From assembly GCA_026396515.1 (NCBI GenBank), contig JAPLWQ010000005.1, forward strand, positions 8,011 through 72,010: DNA of 64,000 nucleotides, read 5' to 3'. Every line of letters begins with the position of its first letter. Positions within the stretch are counted from its first letter, which is position 1. A program made the position numbers and the translations under genes. Positions 10,688 through 21,027 of this stretch are shown here, piece after piece. The notes beneath the pieces were generated by a model. It did not search any database, had not been told where the DNA came from, and saw nothing but the letters and a program-made list of their open reading frames with translations. Origin of the DNA: Candidatus Magasanikiibacteriota bacterium. Its GTDB lineage: Bacteria; Patescibacteriota; Patescibacteriia; Magasanikbacterales; GWA2-37-8.

Positions 10688-11905
10688 ATGTTCGGTAAAA
10701 AAGAAGAAAAAATTGTGAGCTCGCCAGAGGCGAGTATTAAGGTGGTGACAATGCCGCACGATTTTTATGCGGGCGCTAACCCTACGGTTAAGTTTAAGGA
10801 AGTGGAACAAACCATTGACTTGAATAAGCTGGCCGGTATAAAAGAGCATGAAAAAAAAGCTCTGCACGCGGCCACAGCGGCGCAGGGCGCGGCGAACACT
10901 CTTTCTTCAAAGCGGTGGGTTTGGGTGGTGGGAAGTATTGTTTTATTTCTTATTTTCGCCGGCGGAGCCGGAATATATTATTGGTGGCAGGGGCGTTCAA
11001 AAATTATCGCCCAAACGCCGGTTTTGCCGCCTATAACCACGCCACCGGTAAATCAAGAGCCGGTAGTACCGACAACACCGGTTGAACCGGCCACAACAAC
11101 GCCTGAGCCGGAACTGCCGGTTATCACTGAGGCGGGTTTGGAATTTCCGTCAAAACTTCTGGCTGAAAGCGTGGATTTTGATGCGGATAAAGTGAGCGAC
11201 GTGGCCGAGGAATTGTTTGCCACCGATCCGTCAAATGCTGATACTGATAAAGATGGTTATCAGGATGGGCATGAACTATATTATCTCTATAACCCAAACG
11301 GTGCAGAACCGAAAAAATTGATTGACTCGGGTTTTGTTCGCAATTATATTAGCCCCGGTTTTGGCTATGAATTATATTATCCGAATAATTGGGCAATCGG
11401 CGCGGTTGATGTCGCCGGCAGGCAAATGCTTTTCAGCACTTTAACCGGAGAAAATATTGAAGTGAGGGTATTTGATTTATTGCCAGGGCAGACATTCGCC
11501 GAATGGTTTGCTTTGAACGCTCCTCAAGAAAATCTGGGCGATTATACGGATATGCAAAGCAGGTTCAACGCCAACGCGAAAATGCGCAGCGACGGTTTGG
11601 TTTATATCTTTTATGACAGCACTCATGTCTTTGCCCTGCTATATCACACTACGGAATCAAATACAGTAAATTATAAAGTGGTTATTCAGACCATGGCGCG
11701 CAGTTTCAAAATTGGCGAGCCAATGCCGCCGGAGATGCGGCCGGTTGGAGAACCGGAAATGATATTTGAAGCAGGTGCGCCTGAAACGATGTCAACCGGC
11801 AGCGCCGGTTCTGCGGAGGGTGAAAGCACCACGACTTCCACTGAAACGGCGACCACAACCGGAGAAGAAATACCTTCCGAGTTGATGTCCGAAGCCGAGT
11901 TATGA
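10688..11905 (+). CDS. Membrane-anchored protein with a Pro/Thr-rich linker and a TSP3-like repeat, paralogous in architecture to the upstream gene
   Basis: 405-aa ORF with a TM helix (WVWVVGSIVLFLIFAGGAGIYYW), a PPITTPPVNQEPVVPTTPVEP linker and a DTDKDGYQDGHE motif. Confidence 0.55.
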   Translation: MFGKKEEKIVSSPEASIKVVTMPHDFYAGANPTVKFKEVEQTIDLNKLAGIKEHEKKALHAATAAQGAANTLSSKRWVWVVGSIVLFLIFAGGAGIYYWWQGRSKIIAQTPVLPPITTPPVNQEPVVPTTPVEPATTTPEPELPVITEAGLEFPSKLLAESVDFDADKVSDVAEELFATDPSNADTDKDGYQDGHELYYLYNPNGAEPKKLIDSGFVRNYISPGFGYELYYPNNWAIGAVDVAGRQMLFSTLTGENIEVRVFDLLPGQTFAEWFALNAPQENLGDYTDMQSRFNANAKMRSDGLVYIFYDSTHVFALLYHTTESNTVNYKVVIQTMARSFKIGEPMPPEMRPVGEPEMIFEAGAPETMSTGSAGSAEGESTTTSTETATTTGEEIPSELMSEAEL

Positions 11906-12327
11906 TAAAAGTTTTATTTTTTAATGAGAATAAATATCCTGTCGAGGAAAAGTTTGTAAAAAAAATTACTGCGGTTGCGTCTGGGCATGAGAAAAAAATA
12001 TGTGGAATAGTTGAAATAGCATTAGTGGATAATAAAGACATTTGTAAGTTAAATCGGATTTGGCGGGGAAAGAATTCGGCCACGGATGTTTTGTCCTTTG
12101 CCTGGTCGGAAGAAAAATCAATTAAGGCGCCAATGCTCGGGCAAATATTCGTGTCTTATCCTAAGATTATTAAACAGGCGAACGAGAATGAAATTCCAGT
12201 TAAAGAAGAGCTTGGGAGAATGATAGTACACGGGCTGCTGCATATTTCCGGATATGGCCACGGCAGCGCAAAACAGGCGAAAAAAATGTTCGCTTTACAG
12301 GAAAAAATATTAAAGCACTTGTTTTAA
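11902..12327 (+). CDS. ybeY: Endoribonuclease YbeY (rRNA maturation factor)
   Basis: 141 aa with the zinc-binding H-x3-H-x5-H signature (VHGLLHISGYGH). It overlaps the upstream stop by 4 nt. Confidence 0.85.
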   Translation: MIKVLFFNENKYPVEEKFVKKITAVASGHEKKICGIVEIALVDNKDICKLNRIWRGKNSATDVLSFAWSEEKSIKAPMLGQIFVSYPKIIKQANENEIPVKEELGRMIVHGLLHISGYGHGSAKQAKKMFALQEKILKHLF

Positions 12328-12330
12328 CCT

Positions 12331-12696
12331 ATGTCCGTCAAAAGATTTGCTCAAAGTTTTAAAGATGCCATGAACGGTATACGCCATGCGTTTGAAAACG
12401 AGCAGAATTTTCGCGTTCAGATGATAACCGGGCTGATTGTGATGTTTTTTGCAGTCTGGCTGCCGATTCGCGACTCCGAGCGCCTACTCGTCGTCATCAT
12501 GGTTTTTATGGTGCTTATTGTAGAATTACTGAATACCGCCATTGAGCTGTTTATTGACCTGCTTAAGCCTCGTCTGCATCATTATGCGAAAGCGGTAAAG
12601 GATATTATGGCCGGAGCGGTATTTTTAACATCATTTGCCGCCTTGATTGTAGGAATAATTATTTTCGGTCCGTATTTATTTTCGCTAATTAAATAG
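12331..12696 (+). CDS. dgkA: Diacylglycerol/undecaprenol kinase DgkA
   Basis: 121-aa three-TM protein with the DgkA motifs AFRVQ and ELLNTAIE...D...AK.KD, in the conserved ybeY-dgkA arrangement. Confidence 0.8.
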   Translation: MSVKRFAQSFKDAMNGIRHAFENEQNFRVQMITGLIVMFFAVWLPIRDSERLLVVIMVFMVLIVELLNTAIELFIDLLKPRLHHYAKAVKDIMAGAVFLTSFAALIVGIIIFGPYLFSLIK

Positions 12697-12733
12697 AGGT
12701 ACAGCTTTTGATAAAAAATGAATTTTTGCAGCT

Positions 12734-14008
12734 ATGTCAAGAAGAGATGAAAATATAATCGCCGGTTTGGATATCGGATCATCAAATGTCCGGATGGCAG
12801 TAGGGAAAATTATTGATCCGGGCTCTGAAGATGAAGCACTTCAGATTTTAGGTTTGGTGGAAGTGCCGGCTGAAGGCGTATCAAAAGGGGTGGTGACAAG
12901 CATTGAGGATGTTGTATCTTCTGTTTCATCGTGTCTTGAAAATGCCGAAAGATCCATTGGCGTGCCGATTGAAAGTGTTTGGTTGGGTATTTCCGGAACT
13001 CAAACCATGATTCAAAATAGCCGCGGTTTTGCGGCAGTGGCAAAATCTGACAATGAAATAACGCCGGCTGATGTTGAAAGAGCGCTTGAATCGTCGCGTT
13101 CAGTTTCAACCCCCCTTAATTATGAGATACTGCATGTTACTCCGCGCAGCTACAATGTTGACGGGCAGAGCGGTATAAAAGATCCGGTTGGTATGACCGG
13201 TATGCGTTTGGAGGTGGATACAAAAATTATTCTCGGCCAATCTTCTCAAATTAAAAATTTAACCCGGGCTGTTTATCGCGCCGGTTTGGAAATTAATGAT
13301 CTGGTTCTTTCTCCGCTGGCCGTCTCAAATTTATTGTTAACGTCAAGGCAGAAAGACCTTGGCGTCGTCATGGCCAATATCGGCGGTCAGACAACGAGCA
13401 TTTCAGTTTATGAAGAAGGGGATTTGCTCCATACCATATCTTTGCCCATTGGTTCAGCTCATATTACGAATGATTTGGCGGTTGGTTTGCGCGCGTCTGT
13501 TGACGTAGTGGAAAAATTGAAGGTTGAATACGGCGATTGTTCAGCCGAGTCATATGGTCGGGGAGATGAAGTGGATTTATTTGAGGTTGGTTCCCCGGAG
13601 CATGAACTTTTTAAACTTAAAGATGTCAGCTCAATTATTGAAGCCAGAGTGGAGGAAATATTCTATCTGGTCGATCAGGAATTGAAAAAAATTCACCGAA
13701 GCGGTTTGTTGCCAGCCGGAGTGGTTCTAACCGGCGGTGGCGCCAAATTGCGCGGTATGGTTGAAGAAGCAAAAAGAAATTTGCGTTTGCCCGCTATTAT
13801 GGGCTATCCGCTTGGCCTGGTTGGATCAATAGACCAGGCGAACGACCCCGGTTATTCAGCCGCGATCGGCCTGGTAAAATGGGGGAGTGAAATGCTGTTT
13901 CAAACTACGCGCGGAAGGACCGGCAAGGGTGATTTTTGGGGATCGCTGAAAAAAACTTTGGGTTTTAAGGGACGGCTAAAAAAGACAATTAGCTCGCTTA
14001 TACCATAA
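12734..14008 (+). CDS. ftsA: Cell division protein FtsA
   Basis: 424 aa with an actin-like ATPase N-terminus (IAGLDIGSSNVRMAVGK), located upstream of ftsZ. Confidence 0.9.
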   Translation: MSRRDENIIAGLDIGSSNVRMAVGKIIDPGSEDEALQILGLVEVPAEGVSKGVVTSIEDVVSSVSSCLENAERSIGVPIESVWLGISGTQTMIQNSRGFAAVAKSDNEITPADVERALESSRSVSTPLNYEILHVTPRSYNVDGQSGIKDPVGMTGMRLEVDTKIILGQSSQIKNLTRAVYRAGLEINDLVLSPLAVSNLLLTSRQKDLGVVMANIGGQTTSISVYEEGDLLHTISLPIGSAHITNDLAVGLRASVDVVEKLKVEYGDCSAESYGRGDEVDLFEVGSPEHELFKLKDVSSIIEARVEEIFYLVDQELKKIHRSGLLPAGVVLTGGGAKLRGMVEEAKRNLRLPAIMGYPLGLVGSIDQANDPGYSAAIGLVKWGSEMLFQTTRGRTGKGDFWGSLKKTLGFKGRLKKTISSLIP

Positions 14009-14029
14009 ATTTGAGCGATTTTCTGCGTA

Positions 14030-14085
14030 TTGACACTTGAGTCGATAAATATGTACAATACATAGCGAAGATCGTCTTCGCTATT
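14030..14085 (+). promoter_or_regulatory. Predicted sigma-70 promoter (TTGACA-18-TACAAT) and 5'UTR hairpin upstream of ftsZ
   Basis: TTGACA lies at 14030-14035 and TACAAT at 14054-14059. A palindrome (atagcgaagatcgtcttcgctat) sits at 14062-14085. Confidence 0.5.
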
Positions 14086-14128
14086 TTTCATTAATACATT
14101 GAATACATAAATTGTTCAACTCAAATAT

Positions 14129-15382
14129 ATGCCACAAGTAAAACCGGACATTGAAACATTTGCGAAAATTAAAGTCGTTGGCGTGGGCGGGTCGGGCGGG
14201 TCGGCTGTCAATCGAATGATGGCTGCCAGAATTCGCGGTGTTGATTTTGTGGTTATGAATACCGATGTTCAGGATCTGCACCATAATTTGGCGCCGCATA
14301 AACTGCACATCGGGAAATCGGTTACCCGGGGCTTGGGAGCCGGCATGGATCCGGAGCTTGGTCGTCGAGCGGCTGAAGAATCTCAAAATGAAATCAGAGA
14401 AATTTTGAAAGACGCGGATATGGTTTTTGTCACCTGCGGTTTGGGCGGCGGCACCGGTTCAGGCGCTTCGCCGGTGGTGGCGGAAGTGGCTCGCGAACTC
14501 GGCGCATTGACTGTCGCGGTGGTTACCAAACCGTTTGCCTTTGAGGGTCAGAAGAGACGCGAGATAGCCGATAAGGCGTGGGAGAATTTGGTCAAGCACG
14601 TTGATACTATTATCACCATTCCTAATGATAGGATTAATCAGGTAATTGATAAGAAAACATCAATGCTTGATGCTTTTAGAATTGCCGACGATGTTCTGCG
14701 CCAAGGCGTGCAGGGCATTTCAGAATTAATAACCATGCACGGCGTAATCAACGTGGATTTTGCCGATATTAAAACTATCATGAAAGACACCGGTTCCGCG
14801 CTAATGGGTATCGGTATAGGTTCGGGAGAAAATAGAGCGGTTGACGCGGCAAAGTCGGCCATCTCCAGCCCACTCCTCGAACTTTCTATTGATGGCGCGC
14901 GCGGCATCCTATTTACTGTTACGGGCGGTCAGGATTTGGCAATGAGCGAAGTTGAAGATGCGGCCAAGATTATTACTTCGTCAGCTGCTGAAGACGCCAA
15001 AGTTATTTTTGGCGCAATTATAGATGAGACCATGAATGATAGTGTAAAGATTACGGTTATTGCCACCGGCTTTGACGATCGTCGCCCTGTTTCCGAAGAA
15101 GAAACCCTGACCAGGTATTCGCCTTTCGGCACGGTCTCTTTGGCCTCCAAATTTAAACAAAGGGGAGAAGAAACAGAAGATAAAAAGTTTTTTAATGATT
15201 TAACCAGCACCAAAAAAAGCGGTGCCCGTTCTTCAACGCAAGCTGAACCCACGGTAATGCGCGAACAAAAAAATGATGTGTTGGCGCAGAACCAGCAGAA
15301 TGCGGCTCCTGCCGGGAATGCAAATATTACCGATGACGACCTTGAAATCCCGGCTTTTATCCGCCGAAAAATGGGTGTATAA
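14129..15382 (+). CDS. ftsZ: Cell division GTPase FtsZ
   Basis: The tubulin signature GGGTGSG is present, along with [14 protein letters not shown]. Confidence 0.95.
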   Translation: MPQVKPDIETFAKIKVVGVGGSGGSAVNRMMAARIRGVDFVVMNTDVQDLHHNLAPHKLHIGKSVTRGLGAGMDPELGRRAAEESQNEIREILKDADMVFVTCGLGGGTGSGASPVVAEVARELGALTVAVVTKPFAFEGQKRREIADKAWENLVKHVDTIITIPNDRINQVIDKKTSMLDAFRIADDVLRQGVQGISELITMHGVINVDFADIKTIMKDTGSALMGIGIGSGENRAVDAAKSAISSPLLELSIDGARGILFTVTGGQDLAMSEVEDAAKIITSSAAEDAKVIFGAIIDETMNDSVKITVIATGFDDRRPVSEEETLTRYSPFGTVSLASKFKQRGEETEDKKFFNDLTSTKKSGARSSTQAEPTVMREQKNDVLAQNQQNAAPAGNANITDDDLEIPAFIRRKMGV

Positions 15383-15391
15383 AAATATTTT

Positions 15392-15853
15392 ATGCGTTGT
15401 CCTGTTTGTAATAATCAGGAAACTAGTGTTGTTGATACCCGCTCTTCGTCAGACGGTCTAACAATCCGTCGGAGGCGCGAGTGCGACAAATGTTCATATC
15501 GTTTTTCTACTGTGGAGGAAATCGAGCTTTTGGATATTGTAGTGGTAAAGAGCGACGGCCACCGGGAAAGCTACATGCGTGAAAAAATAGAACGCGGCAT
15601 AAAGCAATCGCTTTCAAAGCGGCCTTATACAGCGGAAAAATTTAACCGACTGCTTCATTCAATTGAGCGTGATATTCAAAAAAGAAAAAAACGTGAGATA
15701 TCAAGCAAGGACATTGGTGAAATTGTTATGAAGCATCTGCGAAATTTTGATAAAGTCGCCTATATTCGTTTTGCCAGCGTCTACCGTGATTTTAGAGATG
15801 TAAAAACATTTGAAAAAGAACTCAAAAAAATCGGCAAAGGCCGCAGCGCCTAA
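15392..15853 (+). CDS. nrdR: Transcriptional repressor NrdR
   Basis: An N-terminal Zn ribbon (CPVCNNQETSVVDTR...CDKC) is followed by an ATP-cone domain. Confidence 0.9.
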   Translation: MRCPVCNNQETSVVDTRSSSDGLTIRRRRECDKCSYRFSTVEEIELLDIVVVKSDGHRESYMREKIERGIKQSLSKRPYTAEKFNRLLHSIERDIQKRKKREISSKDIGEIVMKHLRNFDKVAYIRFASVYRDFRDVKTFEKELKKIGKGRSA

Positions 15854-16294
15854 TTGTTAACCACTATATATATGACAGAGGAGGAAAAAAAAATTGAAGC
15901 GCCGTCCACAGAGCCGGAAAACGCGGCTTCGCCGTTTATCGGTTTGAAAAAAAATGAAGACCCTGTTCCCTCGGAAGAAGTTAAACTTCGCGACTTGTTG
16001 GAAAAAAATCTTAAATGGTCGCAGATTATTTATGAACAAAATCGCCGTATCAGCCGGCGACTGCTTTGGTCATCAATTTTTTCCTGGTTTAAATGGATTA
16101 TATTTATCGGCGCGCTTGTTTGGGGCACTTGGTATGTTTGGCCGATGGCCCGCAATCTAATGGCCCAGTATGAAGCCTTAACAAGCGGCGTGTCTTCCGG
16201 CCAAAAGCTCGATCAGCCAACTTTAGATAAAATTTTAAAAATGATCCCGCTCACTGACACGGAAAAAGAGCAGATAAAAGCGATGAATAAGTAA
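15854..16294 (+). CDS. Hypothetical small membrane protein
   Basis: 146-aa ORF with an acidic N-terminus and one TM helix (FSWFKWIIFIGALVWGTWYVW). Confidence 0.5.
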   Translation: MLTTIYMTEEEKKIEAPSTEPENAASPFIGLKKNEDPVPSEEVKLRDLLEKNLKWSQIIYEQNRRISRRLLWSSIFSWFKWIIFIGALVWGTWYVWPMARNLMAQYEALTSGVSSGQKLDQPTLDKILKMIPLTDTEKEQIKAMNK

Positions 16295-16299
16295 TTATG

Positions 16300-16402
16300 C
16301 CCCGTAGAGAAATTTTTAATGATTTTTGGGGAGTTAAAAAATTGATAAAAAAATGATTGTATATTTATTTGATATAGAATAATTCAAAATTCTTCTACGG
16401 GG
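16300..16402. repeat. Empty (ORF-less) copy of the inverted-repeat unit that flanks the GIY-YIG gene at 41832-42139
   Basis: IR-L ccccgtagagaaattttt (16300-16317) and IR-R ttcaaaattcttctacgggg (16383-16402) enclose 65 bp of AT-rich DNA. Both copies share the same GAGAAA versus GAAGAA asymmetry between their arms. Confidence 0.6.
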
Positions 16403-16403
16403 T

Positions 16404-17843
16404 ATGCATAAAAGTACAAAAATCGTGGCCACTCTCGGCCCGGCATCAGAGTCGTATGGAAAAATTAAAGCGATGATAAAAGCGGGTGTAAATGTCGCCC
16501 GCCTTAATTTTTCGCACGGCTCATATGAAAATCATGCGTCGCTGATACGCAATATCCGGCGTGCGGAAAAAGAGCTCGGCGTACCGGTGGGTATTATGCA
16601 AGATATTCAGGGCCCGAAGATTCGGCTGGGTGATATGCCGGCAGCTGGCGTAGCGGTGAAAACCGGCCAGGAGGCCGTTATTAATACGACCCTGAATAAT
16701 TACACAGGCAATGATATACCGTTGTATTTTCCCAGTCTGGAAAAATATGTTAAAGCCGGAGACCGTCTGCTCATTGATGATGGTCATGCTGAATTTAAAA
16801 TAAAAAAGGTGGCCGGTTGCAGGATTGTCTGCAAAGTGGTGGAAGGTTATCTGTTAAAGAGCCATAAAGGCGTGAATTTTCCGGATAGCTATTTAAAAAT
16901 TCCAATAATGAGCGATAAAGACCGCAAGGATTTGCGTTTTGGAATAAAAATGAATGTTGATATTATCGCTTTGTCTTTTGTGCATACGGCTCAGGATATT
17001 AAGAAAGCCAGAGTATTGATAAGAAAGTATCAGAAAGAATCAAAAATTAAATCGCCGCCCCCTGTTTTTATTGTGGCAAAAATTGAACGCAATGAGGCGG
17101 TAAAAAATATTGATGAGATATTAAAAGAAGCTGATGGCGTAATGGTGGCGAGAGGGGATTTGGCGATGGAGACAGCGATGTCAGGAATGCCGTTATTGCA
17201 GAAAATGATAATTGAAAAAGCCAATCATCTGGTAAAGCCGGTTATTGTTGCCACCCAAATGCTTGATTCAATGCAGACAAGCCGCCGTCCAACCAGAGCG
17301 GAAATCACCGATGTGGCCAATGCGGTGATTGATCACGCTGATGCTTTGATGCTTTCCAATGAAACAGCTACCGGCAAATATCCGGTGGAAGCGGTGAAAA
17401 CAATGTCGGAAATTATTTTAACCACTGAAGAGTCAAAATACGATGATATTGATCCGTTCAAAGAGATGCACCCGCACAAATCAATCAGCAAGGCGATCGC
17501 CGGGTTATCCGGCGTGGTGGCCATGCAAGTTGGGGCGAAAGCCATTTTAGTGGCTTCGGCGACCGGCGCCACCGGCCGGCTGGTTAGCCGTGTCAGGCCG
17601 CAGTACCCGGTTTATGTAGGGGTAAAGTCAGTTGTTGCCGGCCGTCAGCTTTGTCTTTCATGGGGGTTGCGCCCATTTCTTTTAACTGCCAAACACACAG
17701 TTGAAGATTTGGTGTCCGCTTTTCTTGCGTATGTTAAGAAAACTAAATTGGTAAAAAAAGGGGATAAAATTGTTTTGATTACCGGCGAGCCGGTAGGCAA
17801 ATCGGGAAGCACCAACATGCTCGAAGTGAAGGAAGTAAAATAA
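16404..17843 (+). CDS. pyk: Pyruvate kinase
   Basis: The N-terminus reads KIVATLGPASESYGKIKAMIKAGVNVARLNFSHG. The ORF is 479 aa. Confidence 0.95.
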   Translation: MHKSTKIVATLGPASESYGKIKAMIKAGVNVARLNFSHGSYENHASLIRNIRRAEKELGVPVGIMQDIQGPKIRLGDMPAAGVAVKTGQEAVINTTLNNYTGNDIPLYFPSLEKYVKAGDRLLIDDGHAEFKIKKVAGCRIVCKVVEGYLLKSHKGVNFPDSYLKIPIMSDKDRKDLRFGIKMNVDIIALSFVHTAQDIKKARVLIRKYQKESKIKSPPPVFIVAKIERNEAVKNIDEILKEADGVMVARGDLAMETAMSGMPLLQKMIIEKANHLVKPVIVATQMLDSMQTSRRPTRAEITDVANAVIDHADALMLSNETATGKYPVEAVKTMSEIILTTEESKYDDIDPFKEMHPHKSISKAIAGLSGVVAMQVGAKAILVASATGATGRLVSRVRPQYPVYVGVKSVVAGRQLCLSWGLRPFLLTAKHTVEDLVSAFLAYVKKTKLVKKGDKIVLITGEPVGKSGSTNMLEVKEVK

Positions 17844-17868
17844 CCCCGCTCAACGGGGTTATTTATTA
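17844..17868 (+). terminator. Rho-independent terminator after pyk
   Basis: A ccccg-ctcaa-cgggg hairpin is followed by a T-rich run. Confidence 0.6.
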
Positions 17869-18001
17869 CTAACGCATTTTATTATTCAGCAAGCTTCTCG
17901 CAAACAGCGTCGCCAGCCTTGGGCTGACGCGCTTCGATCTCGACCAGCTCCGAGCGGGTCTGCGATATGTTGCTCAAAGCATGCTGGATAATAAAATTAC
18001 A

Positions 18002-19240
18002 TTACACGTAAAGAGGGAATTTTTTTGTCAGTTCCACGACTTGTGATCGAATGGCCGCAAGTTTTTCTTTATCCGTGTGATTAATTACCGCTTCGTTGAT
18101 CCACTCGGCGATTTGACGCATTTCAGTTTCCTTCATTCCGCGGGTGGTGAGCGCAGGCGTGCCTAGCCGGATACCGGAAGGATCCATCGGGGAGCGAGGA
18201 TCATTTGGCACCATATTTTTATTTACAGTTATTCCGGCTTCGTCCAAAGCAATTTGCGCCTCCTTGCCGGAAATATTTTTATTTGTTAGATCAATCAGCA
18301 GCAAATGATTATCGGTTTGGCCGAAACAAATTTTATAATCGCGTTTTTTTAATTCTTCTTCAAGTATTTTTGCGTTTTTAATAACTTGTACAGCATATTC
18401 TTTGAATTCCGGTTCGAGCGCTTCTTTGAACGCCACCGCTTTGGCTGCGATATTATTTTCATGCGGGCCGCCCTGGAAACCGGGGAACACGGATTTATCT
18501 ATCGCCTTGGCGAATTTTTCTTTGCACATAATCATGCCGCCGCGCGGCCCGCGCAGTGTCTTATGCGTCGTGGTCGTAACGATATCAAAAAATGGCACTG
18601 GGCTTTCCATGGCACCGCCGGCAATCAGTCCGGCGATGTGGGCGATGTCAGCCATTGTCACTGCGCCGACCTCGTCGGCGATTTCTTTAATTTTTTTCCA
18701 ATCGATCAGGCGGGAATAGGCGCTGTATCCGACAAGAATGATCTTCGGTTTGTGTTCGAGCGCCATGGCGCGAAGATTATTCAAATCAATCAGACCGTCA
18801 GCGCCGGTTTGGTAGCGGACGAAATTAAATAATTTTGCCATGTAGGTGACCGGATGGCCGTGCGTCAGGTGCCCGCCGTGGGCGAGGTCCATTCCGAGTA
18901 CAGTATCACCCGGTTGAAGCAAAGCAAAATATACGGCGATATTGGCCGGCGCGCCGGATAACGGCTGGACATTCACATGTTCAGCGCCAAATATTTTTTT
19001 AGCGCGTTCAATCGCCAGTGTTTCCACCTCGTCAATATATTCGCAGCCGCCGTAATAGCGTTTGCCCGGGTAGCCCTCGGAATATTTATTTGTAGCGACC
19101 GAACCGAGCGCATCCAAAACTGCCGGTGAAACAAAATTTTCCGAAGGGATCATTTCCAGGCCGTTTTCTTGCCGCTGTTTTTCTTTGGCAATAGCCGTGG
19201 AAATTTCAGAGTCGTATTGTTCTAAGTTTTGTTTATGCAT
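18002..19240 (-). CDS. glyA: Serine hydroxymethyltransferase
   Basis: 412 aa, beginning [37 protein letters not shown]. Confidence 0.95.
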   Translation of the reverse strand: MHKQNLEQYDSEISTAIAKEKQRQENGLEMIPSENFVSPAVLDALGSVATNKYSEGYPGKRYYGGCEYIDEVETLAIERAKKIFGAEHVNVQPLSGAPANIAVYFALLQPGDTVLGMDLAHGGHLTHGHPVTYMAKLFNFVRYQTGADGLIDLNNLRAMALEHKPKIILVGYSAYSRLIDWKKIKEIADEVGAVTMADIAHIAGLIAGGAMESPVPFFDIVTTTTHKTLRGPRGGMIMCKEKFAKAIDKSVFPGFQGGPHENNIAAKAVAFKEALEPEFKEYAVQVIKNAKILEEELKKRDYKICFGQTDNHLLLIDLTNKNISGKEAQIALDEAGITVNKNMVPNDPRSPMDPSGIRLGTPALTTRGMKETEMRQIAEWINEAVINHTDKEKLAAIRSQVVELTKKFPLYV

Positions 19241-21027
19241 AAATCCTTAATCATGTAAGTATTATTTAATTTGTATCCGAGTTTTCGGTAATAATCGCGA
19301 ACGCCAACACCGGAAATTACGGCGATTTTAGAGGCCTTTGATTTGGCGGCCAGTTTCTCCGCTTCCTTAACTAATTTTACGCCCATACCTTTGTGTTGTG
19401 AAGCGCGGGTATTTCTTGCTCCAATTTTGAGCATTTGGCCGTAGGTATGAAGTTCGCGGATAAAGGCCTGACGAGTGTCATTGCGAGCGAAGCGAAGCAA
19501 TCCCGCGGTTTTCTGAACTGACAAGAGATTGCTTCGTCGGCCTTCGACCTCCTCGCAATGACAAATCCTCAAACGGCAAAAAGCGTAAGCTACCTGTCGC
19601 TTGGCGTCTTCATAACTTAAAAAATATTCCGTGCCGCCGGAGGCCTGGTATTTATCGACAAAAAGCTTTGGCCGGCCGAGATTGCCGCGTCGTCGCTCTA
19701 CTCCTCCTCGCAATGACAATGGAGAAGCGTGACCCACTTCGCGGCAGCGTAGACAATTGCAGCGCAAATTGCGGCGTTTCATTTCTGCTTGGATCACTTG
19801 GCGCAAATTGGTTACGCGATTGCCGGCAATGATGTGATGACCCGGAATATCCCGAATAAGGCGCGATATCCGAACGTAGCGGGGAACAGTAGTTTTAAAA
19901 TTTATCAGGAGTTCAACTAATTTTTTATCGCTATAGGGTTTAAATTTTCCGGATTTAACCCATTTGAAAAGAGGAGATTTTTTTACCACTGTGCAAGGAT
20001 AAATTTTTATCATATCCGGTCGATATGACGGATTAGAAAAAATTTTCGTAAGCATTTGTGCGTCTTTGGCCGGTGTTGCGCCGGGCAGCTGCGGCATTAG
20101 ATGATAATCAACCTTAAAGCCGTAATTTTTTAAAAGCTCGGTGGCGCGTTTTGTCTCCGCCGTATCGTGCCCGCGCCTTATAATTTTTAAAATTTTGTCA
20201 TCTGTTGTTTGCACACCCAGTTCAATTCTGGTACAGCCAAGTTCGCGCATCGTAAGAATATTTTTTTCGGTGATATGGTCGGGACGCGTTTCCAGAGTCA
20301 CGCCGATAATTCGGTGTTTTGCAATTTCATTTTTCTTTTGGGCCAAATATAATTGATGTTGAAGTTTTTTTAGTGTGTCATGCTGAACTTGTTTCAGCAT
20401 TTTGACGTGGTTGGTGATAGATCCTGAAACAAGTTCAGGATGACTTTTTGAATTGTTTGCCGCTTCAAAACATCGCAAGATAAACCAATACTGATAGGCG
20501 AGGGGATAGGCATTCCAAGTTCCCCCTTTGACAATTAATTCAATTTTGTCGGTCGGGTGGCCGTTGCTAGTTAAAGTTTTTATGCGCTCGCATACTTGCC
20601 GGTGCGGATCAAATTGCAGTGACAGAGCACGTGCAGCCGCCGGTTCGTCGCTGATATAACTTTTTGGCATCTCGGGTTCATCCGGACAATAAATACATTG
20701 CCCCGGGCATTTGTATGGTTTGGTCAAAACAGTAATAATCGCTACGCCGGACATTGTTCGCACGGCGCGCTTGGTCAGCAAATATTCCAGAGCCGGAGAT
20801 TTTTTTATCTTGCCTTTCGCGAGCATGGCGTGATATACTCGGAGCAAATCGGTTTTGCGCGACAAATCCTCATGAATTTTTGAACCGCGCATTTCCGAGC
20901 GTAATACAGCCGAAAAATCGTCCGCTGTTTTAGGGATTTTTTTTAGCAGTTTATATATAATTTTTTCGTGTAGATCAGCCATATGGATAAGCGTAAAGCT
21001 CAAGAAATTGTACGTCAAATGAGGCAA
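19222..21027 (-). CDS. Elp3-like radical-SAM plus GNAT enzyme (tRNA wobble-uridine modification family). It carries an in-frame palindromic repeat insertion
   Basis: The radical-SAM cluster [12 protein letters not shown] is followed by a C-terminal GNAT-like block ([37 protein letters not shown]). The start may instead be the ATG at 20982, which lies back-to-back with the ATG of the divergent gene. Confidence 0.75.
   Translation of the reverse strand: MPHLTYNFLSFTLIHMADLHEKIIYKLLKKIPKTADDFSAVLRSEMRGSKIHEDLSRKTDLLRVYHAMLAKGKIKKSPALEYLLTKRAVRTMSGVAIITVLTKPYKCPGQCIYCPDEPEMPKSYISDEPAAARALSLQFDPHRQVCERIKTLTSNGHPTDKIELIVKGGTWNAYPLAYQYWFILRCFEAANNSKSHPELVSGSITNHVKMLKQVQHDTLKKLQHQLYLAQKKNEIAKHRIIGVTLETRPDHITEKNILTMRELGCTRIELGVQTTDDKILKIIRRGHDTAETKRATELLKNYGFKVDYHLMPQLPGATPAKDAQMLTKIFSNPSYRPDMIKIYPCTVVKKSPLFKWVKSGKFKPYSDKKLVELLINFKTTVPRYVRISRLIRDIPGHHIIAGNRVTNLRQVIQAEMKRRNLRCNCLRCREVGHASPLSLRGGVERRRGNLGRPKLFVDKYQASGGTEYFLSYEDAKRQVAYAFCRLRICHCEEVEGRRSNLLSVQKTAGLLRFARNDTRQAFIRELHTYGQMLKIGARNTRASQHKGMGVKLVKEAEKLAAKSKASKIAVISGVGVRDYYRKLGYKLNNTYMIKDLCINKT
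19477..19563. repeat. 87-bp nested palindromic element inserted in frame in the Elp3-like CDS, with a partial second copy at 19680-19718
   Basis: The termini tgtcattgcgag and ctcgcaatgaca form a perfect 12-bp inverted repeat. An internal inverted repeat (gaagcaatc / gattgcttc) is nested within. The length, 87 bp, equals 29 codons. The 16-nt string cctcctcgcaatgaca recurs at 19548 and 19703. Confidence 0.65.

Noticed and set aside
17880-18000. GC-rich 120-bp stretch between the convergent pyk and glyA genes, as a possible ncRNA
   Set aside because: There are no promoter or terminator signals beyond the pyk terminator and no obvious secondary-structure symmetry. It is probably just 3'UTR.
18386-18832. 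148-aa and 105-aa antisense ORFs inside glyA
   Set aside because: They overlap a well-supported conserved gene on the opposite strand and are typical GC-frame shadow ORFs.
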